Shown here: positions 8,714-17,900 of the stretch, piece after piece
Numbering within the stretch: the first letter of the stretch is position 1
Layout of the letters: every line of letters starts with the position of its first letter
IMG/VR virus record: IMGVR_UViG_3300028549_001826
DNA length: 64,000 nucleotides
Direction: 5' to 3' (one strand)
Source: a virus
The notes under the pieces: generated by a model
The model's input: only the letters and a program-made list of their open reading frames with translations
Databases searched by the model: none
What the model was told of the DNA's origin: nothing
Made by a program: the position numbers and the translations under genes

Positions 8714-8768
8714 TTTTCTTTATCTACTAATATTATATCTATGGTAATAAAGTTAATTTCTCAGAAAA
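8714..8768 (-). promoter_or_regulatory. Early promoter/operator module copy 4
   Basis: CTGAGA (8759-8764)-N21-TATAAT (8732-8737) with the TACCATAGA box. Confidence 0.65.
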
Positions 8769-8777
8769 ATTTTTAGA

Positions 8778-8916
8778 TAAAAGGCATCCTTTTGGATACA
8801 AGAAAAACAAGTGGATCCTAAATGATGCCTTTTTTCACCGGTCACAAACCCTTATAAACAAAGGGTTTCTCCCTTATAAACCACTGAAAGCATCCAACAG
8901 GATAAAATCGTGTTTT
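8778..8916 (+). repeat. ~135-bp dispersed intergenic repeat, copy A
   Basis: Near-identical to 44058-44195 and to the reverse complement of 15594-15726; ATCC-N4-GGAT boxes at 8784-8799 and 8890-8905. Confidence 0.95.
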
Positions 8917-9022
8917 AACAAATATTCATTAATATAAAAATAAATTTTAACAACAAAGCATCCAAGATGATAAATAATAACATAGAAATTATTATGGATA
9001 GCAAGATAAAAAAGGAATAAAA

Positions 9023-10033
9023 ATGCAAACTATAATTATAACGGGACACAAGGGATTTATAGGAACATACGCAACAGCTATGTTTATAAATCAAGGTTTT
9101 AAAGTGATAGGTATTGATAAACAAAGTAATATTAAAAGTCGATCTAAATTATTAGAACACTTAATATACAATAAAGATCGTTTAGATACTCATTTAGAAG
9201 AGGTATTTGAATTCGATTTATCAAAAAAATCAATTAATGAATTAAATATAATTGGAAAAGAAAATTATAAAAGATATCAACATATTGATTGTTTAATACA
9301 TTTAGCAAGTCCAGTTGGGGTTAAAAGTATAAATCTTGATCCACACAAGTATATGAAAGAAGCTCTTGAGATAAATTTAAAAATAGATTCTTTTTGTGAG
9401 GAACATAGAATACCTTTGATATACGCTAGCTCGTCTGAAGTGTTTGGTGAAAATGATCAAATTACACCAGAAAGTAATTATAACATTAATCAGAGTCTTA
9501 GAAGTAGTTATGCGTTACAAAAAGCATCAAGTGAAATACTATTTAGATCAAATGAAAAATATTCAAATATAAATGTTAGATTTTTTAATATATATGGTTA
9601 CGGTCAAGATACTCCAGGTATGGTTGTGCAAACATTTATTAATAGTGTATTTAATAAACAACCATTAGAAGTACATGAAGACTCTTATAGAACTTTCTAT
9701 AATGTGAATGATGCGGTTAATAAATTATTTACTTGTTATAAAAAATTAGCAAATGTTAGCCACGATTCAAAAGTTTTAAAAGAATCATATAATATAGGAT
9801 CATTGAATGAAAGTAACTATATATCTATTTATAAATTAGCTGAATTAATTTGTGAACTATATCAAGAAGGTGAGATAACTACACCTGAGGAATTTAAAAC
9901 AAGTTTTATAAAATCAAGACGACTAGTTGAAACAGGATTCAAAGACAATGAAGAAATATCATTGCGTATAGGACTTATAGAATACATGAAACTAAAAATA
10001 CAATTAGAAAATTTTTCAGGAGAGATGAAATGA
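9023..10033 (+). CDS. NAD-dependent epimerase/dehydratase (UDP-glucuronate decarboxylase-like SDR)
   Basis: GHKGFIG, HLASP, YASSSEVFG, YALQK (YxxxK) and RFFNIYG. Confidence 0.88.
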   Translation: MQTIIITGHKGFIGTYATAMFINQGFKVIGIDKQSNIKSRSKLLEHLIYNKDRLDTHLEEVFEFDLSKKSINELNIIGKENYKRYQHIDCLIHLASPVGVKSINLDPHKYMKEALEINLKIDSFCEEHRIPLIYASSSEVFGENDQITPESNYNINQSLRSSYALQKASSEILFRSNEKYSNINVRFFNIYGYGQDTPGMVVQTFINSVFNKQPLEVHEDSYRTFYNVNDAVNKLFTCYKKLANVSHDSKVLKESYNIGSLNESNYISIYKLAELICELYQEGEITTPEEFKTSFIKSRRLVETGFKDNEEISLRIGLIEYMKLKIQLENFSGEMK

Positions 10034-10842
10034 ATGTAGCAGTAATAGGTGGTAATGGTGTTGTTGGTAGAGCTTTAATAAATAGTTTTAAACATAATGT
10101 AAATGTTGAGATAGTTGATCCAACTGTAAAAACACCACTAGAATATAAAAGCGTTTTTGATTTATCAAATAAAGTTGTTACAGAATGTACACATTATTAT
10201 GATTATATATTTATAACAGTTCCAACACCAACAACAGGACATGAAAATTTTGAGCACGATAATTCATTAATTAAATATTATTTAACAATGATTAATGAAT
10301 TTACAGAATCTTTTGAAAATTTTAATCCAGTGGTTGTTATAAACAGTACAACTATTTATAATTTTTCAAAAGATTACACTAAATTAAATATATTGTATAA
10401 TCCAGAATTTATACAAGATGTAACAGCACTTGATGATTTTATAAATACACCAAGTATAGTTATAGGTGGAAATGATCCAACAATTATTAAAACATTAGAA
10501 TACTTTTATAAAAATCATACAAATGTAAAGACTGATGATTTCATTATAGGAACTGTAGATGATGTTATACATTTTAAATATATACGAAATTTAAAACAAG
10601 CTTGGAATTTAATGTTTTGGGAGTTAACTCAAGATATAACTTTTGATAGTTTAAAAATGAAATCAATGATGGATAAGATGCCAGTTAAAGAAAATCATAT
10701 TATAGGATATGGTGGTTATAGAGGGTTTGGTGGTAAATGTTTACCAAAAGATATTAAGGCTTTAACAACTTTAGATAAAATTAATACTTATGCTAAAGAT
10801 ATGTTAAAAGCTTTACTTAAATATAATTCAAGATTATTATAA
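10030..10842 (+). CDS. UDP-glucose/GDP-mannose 6-dehydrogenase family, short form
   Basis: VAVIGGNGVVG, FITVPTP, YNPEF and catalytic GFGGKCLPKD; lacks the C-terminal domain; ATGA overlap with the previous gene. Confidence 0.85.
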   Translation: MNVAVIGGNGVVGRALINSFKHNVNVEIVDPTVKTPLEYKSVFDLSNKVVTECTHYYDYIFITVPTPTTGHENFEHDNSLIKYYLTMINEFTESFENFNPVVVINSTTIYNFSKDYTKLNILYNPEFIQDVTALDDFINTPSIVIGGNDPTIIKTLEYFYKNHTNVKTDDFIIGTVDDVIHFKYIRNLKQAWNLMFWELTQDITFDSLKMKSMMDKMPVKENHIIGYGGYRGFGGKCLPKDIKALTTLDKINTYAKDMLKALLKYNSRLL

Positions 10843-10879
10843 TAAAACAATAAAACAAAAAAACAAAAAAGGAAAAAGA

Positions 10880-11137
10880 ATGACACAAGTATATAATGGT
10901 GCTGGAGAAAATGAATACACATTAAATAGTGGTAAAGTTGTAATATTAACAGAAAATGAATTCAATGAATTATTTAGTGATGCTATATGTGATGTAAAAG
11001 TAGAAAATGAAGATTATGAATGTCAAGTTAGAATGTTAGAAGAAAATTGGGAAAAAGCTGAGAGAGAATTAGAAGAATGTAAAAAAACTATAAATAGTTT
11101 AAATAATATTATTAGTAGAAATAACTATGAGAGATGA
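10880..11137 (+). CDS. Hypothetical small coiled-coil protein
   Basis: 85-aa ORF with AAGGA SD. Confidence 0.65.
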   Translation: MTQVYNGAGENEYTLNSGKVVILTENEFNELFSDAICDVKVENEDYECQVRMLEENWEKAERELEECKKTINSLNNIISRNNYER

Positions 11138-11413
11138 AATATTAAATGTTAAACAACAACGGTTTTTATTTTTAATTATGGTAAGTTCTATCATTATTTT
11201 AAATGTATTATTATTTGGAGCGGATGCAGTATTTTCAACTATAAAATAAAATTTTTTCAAATTTTACACATAATAAAATCGCACCTAACAAATAGATACA
11301 AGTTATATAATTTTTGTCAAAGCTGTGTATCTCAATATGTAGTTAAAAATTAAAAATTTATAATTTAAATAAGAATGAAGAATTTAATTCTGCAGAATTA
11401 ATATGAAAGGATT

Positions 11414-12259
11414 ATGATAATGTCAATAAACTTATCAGTTATAAATGAAAAAGCTTTCATTAATAACAGAATTGAACTGCTAGAAGAAAGTATATCTATT
11501 CTAGGTGAAATGCCTAGAATTAGATTTAAGGCGAAATTACAAGAAGCTAATGTTGTAAATAACAATGGTCGAAGTTATTCTCCAGAAGCACTTTCTGTTA
11601 TAGTATCTCAATTAGGTCCTAAAGCAACCGAAAGAAAACTTATTGGGGAAATGGATCATCCATCTCCTCAAGGTGATCAAGCGGCTAAGTTAAAACGAAG
11701 TAGTACTATATCTTTAAAAGAATCATGTGTTCTTTTTACAAAATTAGAATTTGATGGACAATTCATAGTAGCAGAATGTGAAACACTCACAAACACTGCT
11801 GGTATGGATTTATATAGACTTTTAAAAGATAAAGTATCATTTGGTTTCAGTCTTAGAGCTTTTGGATCTTCTGTTAAAGGTCCAGGTGGAGTTATTCAAA
11901 TTTCGCCTGTTGGTTTGAAAGCTTTAACTTTTGATGTTGTATCAAATCCATCTCATTCAAATGCTGTTATATACGAATTTATTGAAGAGGGAACAAATAT
12001 TAATGACATATTAAAAATGGCACAAGATTTAACATCTTATGTACATTCTGATAGTGTTCAAGAAATGATATTAGAATCCACTTCTTTTAGTGACAATATG
12101 AAAGCATTTGATAATACAGGAAACATGATGACTAGTTGTGTTTGTTCTATAGATGGAACTTGTGTTAAAGGTACGATCGAAGAGAGTGTAGACTTTCTTT
12201 TAGATATGGCACTAAGCGAATCAAAATATAAAAGATTTGATTTTAAATTAGGAATCTAA
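11414..12259 (+). CDS. Prohead core protease (T4 gp21-like)
   Basis: LQEANVVNNNGRSY, LIGEMDHP, GFSLRAFG and TFDVVSNPS motifs; immediately upstream of the capsid gene. Confidence 0.88.
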   Translation: MIMSINLSVINEKAFINNRIELLEESISILGEMPRIRFKAKLQEANVVNNNGRSYSPEALSVIVSQLGPKATERKLIGEMDHPSPQGDQAAKLKRSSTISLKESCVLFTKLEFDGQFIVAECETLTNTAGMDLYRLLKDKVSFGFSLRAFGSSVKGPGGVIQISPVGLKALTFDVVSNPSHSNAVIYEFIEEGTNINDILKMAQDLTSYVHSDSVQEMILESTSFSDNMKAFDNTGNMMTSCVCSIDGTCVKGTIEESVDFLLDMALSESKYKRFDFKLGI

Positions 12260-12310
12260 TTCGAAAAAAAATAAAAAATTATTTTTTTTAAAAGAAAATT
12301 TCAACATAGA

Positions 12311-12321
12311 TAACAAATATA
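12311..12321 (+). promoter_or_regulatory. Candidate late promoter motif TAACAAATATA
   Basis: 35 nt upstream of the capsid gene; identical 11-mer at 15793-15803 (+) and 54539-54549 (-). Confidence 0.45.
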
Positions 12322-12355
12322 TTGAAACCAAAAAATTATACGAAAAAGGCAAAAA

Positions 12356-13900
12356 ATGAACGAAACTCTAATTTTAGAAAACTATTCTACATTCCTCACT
12401 GAAAACAGTGAGTTATTTTCAGATGCAGCATCTGCGTCAACAATTATCACTGATCCAATAACTTATGAATCATATACTGATAAACTTTTAGAAGGTATTG
12501 AAGAAAGTACTGCAAAAATTATCAGAGGTCAATTTAATAGAAACAGAGAACAGTTACTTGAGGAAAGTGGTCTTATGGCATCTCCTGAAGCTATTACATA
12601 TGCAGTTGCATCTTTCCCAATGTTAGTTGATATTTATGCAGATCCACTTTTATCTAAAGTTATTAGTGTATTCCCATCAAGTGTTCCTACAATGACTATT
12701 CCAAGACTTAAATGGATTGCAAAAGTTATCGACCTTAAAGGTAACTCTAAAGATTACGAATTCCCTAATGCACAACAAATGATCAGAGTAGATTCAATTG
12801 ATACTGTTATTACAAAATCAACTGGAAATATTTTTAATCTTAATATGGGTGCAGGTGATGCTCCAATCAATTCAGCTGAATTTAGAATCAATAGAAGAAA
12901 TTTCAAAGTTGTTGGTGTTAAATTAAAAGATGAAAATGATGTTGTTAAAGAACTTGTTATCACTGCTTATGCAGATGCTAGGGGAAATTTCTTCTCTGAA
13001 TTCGAAGTAACTCCAGATGCTAACAAAACAACTCTTGTTAGAGTTCAAGGTCAAGTACAATTTGACAATGGTGCTGTAACTGTTTCTCTTGCAAATCTTG
13101 GATCAGCTGCTGCTTATACACTTGCTGAAACAAAAGTAAGATGTAGAATTCAAGGTGTTGGTAACGGTAAAGCTGTTGTTAAATCTAGACCAAAAATGGA
13201 AGGGATTGATATTAACTGTGATATCGAAGATTCTTTTGAAGTTGAAAACATTGAAGAGATCTTACAAGACTGGAAATCACTTTATAATTTAGATATCTTA
13301 GCAGAACTTAAAAATTATGTTAAAGATCAAATCAAATTAAATAGAGATTATGAAATCGCTGAATTACTTGAAGCTAACTTCTTAGCTGGTGAAGGTGTTT
13401 GTAAAACTGTTAATCTTGAAGCTATGAGAGATGTTGTTAAAGGTATGCCTGCAAACGCAATGGATATTTTCAAAAATGTTATCCCACCAATTATCTCTAT
13501 GATTGAAGAATTAAGTCAAGGTACTCGTATGATTCCTAAATACCTTGTAACAGGTATTGATACGGCTGCAATGGTTAAATCATTACAAAAATTCGTAGTA
13601 AGTTTTGAAGGTAACGAAGGAACAACTGCATTCAATGGTGAAACAGGTACATTCTCTAAATTAGAAGTTATCACATCTTTCGCTGTAGGTAATGCTATGA
13701 TTTATCTTATCCCAAAATCTGAAACACTTTCTCAATCAACAATTGTTGAAGTTTCTCATAAACCGTTATATATCATAACTGAGACAACTAACTCAATCAG
13801 AAGAACATTTATAAAATGTAGAAACTGGATTGGAATTGTTCGAAAAGAAGCTATCGGTTCACTTAAAATCGAAGGTCTTGCTCCTTATTTAGCTAAATAA
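12356..13900 (+). CDS. Major capsid protein (T4 gp23-like, HK97 fold)
   Basis: 514 aa following the prohead protease; N-terminal L-x-E-rich propeptide; ELKNYVKDQIKLNRDYEI backbone-helix-like segment; strong terminator follows. Confidence 0.75.
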   Translation: MNETLILENYSTFLTENSELFSDAASASTIITDPITYESYTDKLLEGIEESTAKIIRGQFNRNREQLLEESGLMASPEAITYAVASFPMLVDIYADPLLSKVISVFPSSVPTMTIPRLKWIAKVIDLKGNSKDYEFPNAQQMIRVDSIDTVITKSTGNIFNLNMGAGDAPINSAEFRINRRNFKVVGVKLKDENDVVKELVITAYADARGNFFSEFEVTPDANKTTLVRVQGQVQFDNGAVTVSLANLGSAAAYTLAETKVRCRIQGVGNGKAVVKSRPKMEGIDINCDIEDSFEVENIEEILQDWKSLYNLDILAELKNYVKDQIKLNRDYEIAELLEANFLAGEGVCKTVNLEAMRDVVKGMPANAMDIFKNVIPPIISMIEELSQGTRMIPKYLVTGIDTAAMVKSLQKFVVSFEGNEGTTAFNGETGTFSKLEVITSFAVGNAMIYLIPKSETLSQSTIVEVSHKPLYIITETTNSIRRTFIKCRNWIGIVRKEAIGSLKIEGLAPYLAK

Positions 13901-13908
13901 TTGATCAA

Positions 13909-13941
13909 ATAAACATGTAGAGAATTTCTCTACATGTTTAT
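13909..13941 (+). terminator. Terminator after the capsid gene
   Basis: ATAAACATGTAGAGAA-T-TTCTCTACATGTTTAT, 16-bp arms. Confidence 0.75.
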
Positions 13942-13998
13942 ATTTTATATCATTTAAATGTTTAGTAACCAGTTTCTAAACTTATTAAAAGGAATCAC

Positions 13999-15528
13999 AT
14001 GCTCCAGACAAAACAATTAGAGTATTATTATAACTATGAAAAGAATACTATAAAGAATACTGTTAATAAATACATGAAAACAAAAGATCCAGAATTATAT
14101 AAGGATATAGATGCTTATATTAAAGATGAAGATATTATTGAGAAGAATATAAAGAATTCTTTTATTATAAAATTTTATTGCTATATACACGAAATAGCTA
14201 TACCAAGATGTAAAAACGAACAATGTAACAATTTTACAATATATCAACAAGGACGATTTAATGATTTTTGTTGTATAAAGTGTTGCAACACATCTAATCA
14301 TAAAAATGATAAGCTAAAAATAACATGGCAGAATAAATCAGAAGAAGATCATCAAATAAAAATAGAAAAGTTTAAAGAGTCTTATAAAAATAATTTTGAA
14401 AACTTTAAAGATAATATTATGAAATCTAAAAAAATTTATAATTTAGATAAATGGAATAATAAAGAATTTATAGAGGAGCATTTTTTAGATGCTAAAAGAC
14501 AATTCAAATTATTTGAATTTATGGATTATTTTAACTGTTGTCAACCAAAAGCTCATAATAAATTAATTGAATTGAATATAAACTATTCTAAAATCAATAA
14601 GATGTATTCTATAGCGGAAAAAGAAGTTGTAACATATATCGATGAACTAATAACCAAATATAATAAACCTTATAAAATCATTGAGAATCATCGAATAAAC
14701 CAGAAGGAATTTGATATATTAATCAAAGAAGATGATAAAATAATTTTAGGTATTGAATACGATGGTTTATATTGGCATAGCTATAGAAAAGACACTCATA
14801 GACCAAAATCATACTATCGATCAAAACATTTAGAAAAAACCGAAATAGCTATTGAGAATGGTTTTCAATTATTACATATTTTTGAAAATGAGTGGAAACA
14901 TCCAGATAAGAGTTTAATATGGAAGAGTATGATTAAGAATAAACTTAATATAACAGATGATAAAATATATGCTAGAAATTGTAGTGTAAGATATGTCAAA
15001 TCATCTGATGCTACTGAGTTTGTAAAGAATAATCATATACAAGGTAAAAACAATAGAGGTGTTATAAAAATAGGCTTATATCATAAGGACGAATTAGTTC
15101 TTATAGGAACATTTGGAACACCTCAATTTGTAAATGACTATAAAAAAGGTTCTTATGAAATTATTAGACTATGTTCAAAATTAGATACCCAAGTTGTTGG
15201 TGGAGCTTCTAAATTATTAGCTTACTTTATTAAAATGTATAATCCAAAACAAATTATATCGTATGCTAATAGACGTTGGAGTGAGGGAGAAGTTTATAAA
15301 CAATTACATTTTACTTTAGATGGAAAAATACCACCCAATAGTTATTATATAGATGTAAATAATTATAATAAGATGTATCATCGAAGAAAATATCAGTCTC
15401 ATATTGTTAAAAATATTCTGAAAGAAAATTATAATGAAAATATATCAAGTATGGATAATGCTGTACAGTCTTTAAATGTTATGGTAATCTGGGATAGTGG
15501 TAATTATAAATTCACATATAATATGTAA
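13999..15528 (+). mobile_element. Hef-like free-standing homing endonuclease
   Basis: N-terminal CxxxxC..CCxxC zinc ribbon; Vsr/PD-(D/E)xK-like EFDI..GIEYDGLYWHS..LLHIFENEW core; C-terminal IYARNC..NHIQG..VVGGASKLL..ISYANRRWS domain. Confidence 0.75.
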
Positions 15529-15593
15529 ATCAGAATTTATCCAAAAGGATACAAAACAACAAAAACAATTTTAAAAATATATGTAAAACCTTA

Positions 15594-15726
15594 AAAACAT
15601 GATTTTATCCAGTTGGATGCTTTCAGTGATATGAAAGGCATAAACCCTTTGTTTATAAGGGTTTAACCCCAGTGAAAAAAGGCATCATTTAGGATCCACG
15701 CGTTTTTCTTGTATCCAAAAGGATAC
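15594..15726 (-). repeat. ~135-bp dispersed intergenic repeat, copy B (inverted)
   Basis: Reverse complement matches copies A and C; boxes at 15605-15620 and 15711-15726, plus an extra box at 15537-15552. Confidence 0.92.
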
Positions 15727-15869
15727 AAAATAGATTACACATATTTTAAAAATATCGGTGCTAAATTTTAATCTAAAAAATTATCATTTAGTTAACAAAT
15801 ATACATTGCATGATTAATTTATTTAAAAATTTAATCATATTTAATCACAAATTTAAAAGGAAAATACAA

Positions 15870-16802
15870 ATGAATCCATTAGAAAATTTAGGAAAGTTTT
15901 TAGACAATAATACTCCTCAGTCACCTGTTTCTAAATCAGCATCTGCTTTAGATGTTTTAAAGATCTTATCAAAAACAAGAAAAACAGAAGTTAGATTACC
16001 AGTGCTAAGAGTTAATGCTATAGTTTCTCCATTCATAGGAGCAGAAGATTTATATATGCAAACATTAAAAGTATCAGGAGCTTCGTTTCACAGATATGTT
16101 GATGAATTACTTTTTAAACAAACTGAATTTATGGGTATAGTATTCTCAGACTTTAATGATTTTATTACAAATATTTCTCCAATAGATAAACAAGTTCTTA
16201 TTGTTGGTTTATTGCAAGCAACATTTACAGAATTACCTGAGAAAGTTATAACTTGTCCAAAATGTGGTCAACCTGATAGTTATAAATTTAAACCCGAAGA
16301 ACTTATACATGACGATTCTTATTTAAAAGAATGGGATAAAGATGAAGATGTTGCTGATTTTGAAATTTCATCTAAAATTACAGATAACATAGAAGTTGTG
16401 TATCAAATGCCAACTGAAGCTAAAAAATTAGAAGTATTAAATTATACATCCTCTTCACAAATGAGAAATAATCTTGAAAAACATAACGAAGTGTTTAGTT
16501 TACTAGATCTTATGTGTATTTATATTAAGAGAATAATTATTACTCCTGAAGATAAAACACAACAAGTTATAATATTAGAAGATCTTATGGAAGACATTAT
16601 TCCAACTGTTAAAGGTATGCCGTTGGATTTACAAACTCTATTAATAGCGGATCCAACTATAGATGAGTTTACGGTATTTAATCCTTATTATTATTTTAAT
16701 ATTCAATGTAGTGTACCAACATGTTCTCATCAATTCAAATGGGATGAAGTTAAGCCTGAACAAGACTTTTTTCGTAAAGCGTTATCTATATACAACAGTT
16801 GA
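15870..16802 (+). CDS. Baseplate hub assembly/tail chaperone (T4 gp26-like)
   Basis: EVRLP..VSPF..EDL N-terminus, CPKCG zinc knuckle and C-terminal CSVPTC; AAGGA SD before ATG 15870. Confidence 0.65.
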   Translation: MNPLENLGKFLDNNTPQSPVSKSASALDVLKILSKTRKTEVRLPVLRVNAIVSPFIGAEDLYMQTLKVSGASFHRYVDELLFKQTEFMGIVFSDFNDFITNISPIDKQVLIVGLLQATFTELPEKVITCPKCGQPDSYKFKPEELIHDDSYLKEWDKDEDVADFEISSKITDNIEVVYQMPTEAKKLEVLNYTSSSQMRNNLEKHNEVFSLLDLMCIYIKRIIITPEDKTQQVIILEDLMEDIIPTVKGMPLDLQTLLIADPTIDEFTVFNPYYYFNIQCSVPTCSHQFKWDEVKPEQDFFRKALSIYNS

Positions 16803-16980
16803 AGAACATAATAGTAAAATTAAATACGATGTTTTAAGATTTGCTAACAATTCGATATATAATGAATTAAATTTATCATATACCGAATTGATGAGTTTAC
16901 CAATGTTTCTTATAGATGAATTTTATGATACATACAAATCAATGGCTGATAGTAAACGAAATACTGTAAAACATCTTTAA
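16744..16980 (+). CDS. T4 gp51-like small baseplate assembly protein (start uncertain)
   Basis: LSYTELMSLPMFLIDEFY resembles the gp51-type motif; lies in the +1 frame overlapping the gp26-like gene; no SD-backed start. Confidence 0.5.
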   Translation: MKLSLNKTFFVKRYLYTTVEEHNSKIKYDVLRFANNSIYNELNLSYTELMSLPMFLIDEFYDTYKSMADSKRNTVKHL

Positions 16981-17046
16981 TATTTATTTAATTATATATC
17001 AGATAACGATACACGTGCGTGTAAAAAGAAACAAAAAGGAGCTGAA

Positions 17047-17898
17047 GTGGTTATAGATTTAAAAGTTCAAGATATTGAAGCATTAACAACCTCTACTGTA
17101 TATGATAATAATATTGTTTTATACAATTCTGATATAACATCTAATTTAAAATTGATGCAATATTTTGAACAAAACCGAATATTTTTTATAGATGAAATTA
17201 AATTATCAGATTTAACACTTACACAACAAAATGATGTAGGAACATTATTTCTGGAAAAATATAATTATACTATAGAATATAATAATAAAACATTTTTAAA
17301 TTATGCTGCATGTAAAATGTTATTTGCTGAGTTAGATGTTGTAACAAAGTATATAAATGTTGCTTATTTTCAAACACAAAATCAATTAAAAAATGATACT
17401 TCATCAAATTTAACTAATGATAATGTTGTTGATATATCAACAATTAATACTAACAATTATAATATTTTGATTTTAAATTTCTTTGCTTTAAAATTTAGGA
17501 ACTATGATAGTTTCGATAAATACATTGAACCTAGTGAAACTTTATTTGATGTTAATATTGATTACGGTGAATATTCAAAAGAGTTATCATCACAAGCATT
17601 TTTATTAAAACAATTTTCACGATATTTAAGAATTAGAGATGATCAAATACCATTTAGTAATGGTTTTGGAAGTAATATAAAAGCATTCATTCAGCGAAAA
17701 AATGAAGACATAACAAAAACACTCATAAAAGAAGATATATCTTCTTTTATGACAACTATGAGTACTATATACAATACTAATTTTAAATTAGTAAATATAG
17801 AATTGATAGAAAAAGGTGACTATGCTCTAAATCTAACTGTAAAAGTTTATATGCAGATAGATGATTTTGATATTTTCTTAGTAACAATTGAGGGGTAA
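17047..17898 (+). CDS. Baseplate wedge protein with C-terminal gp25-like domain
   Basis: QIPFSNGFGSNIKAFI...LIKEDI matches the gp25/TssE pattern; GTG start with AAGGAG SD. Confidence 0.6.
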   Translation: MVIDLKVQDIEALTTSTVYDNNIVLYNSDITSNLKLMQYFEQNRIFFIDEIKLSDLTLTQQNDVGTLFLEKYNYTIEYNNKTFLNYAACKMLFAELDVVTKYINVAYFQTQNQLKNDTSSNLTNDNVVDISTINTNNYNILILNFFALKFRNYDSFDKYIEPSETLFDVNIDYGEYSKELSSQAFLLKQFSRYLRIRDDQIPFSNGFGSNIKAFIQRKNEDITKTLIKEDISSFMTTMSTIYNTNFKLVNIELIEKGDYALNLTVKVYMQIDDFDIFLVTIEG

Positions 17899-17900
17899 AT

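Noticed and set aside
7364-8768. Repeated modules read as a CRISPR array
   Set aside because: Spacing is irregular (about 270-620 bp), the copies are degenerate, and the intervening DNA encodes ORFs; this fits promoters.
16663-16743. ORF-track start of the gp51-like ORF at 16663
   Set aside because: It overlaps the gp26-like gene by 140 nt, translates to alternative-frame-like hydrophobic sequence and has no SD.
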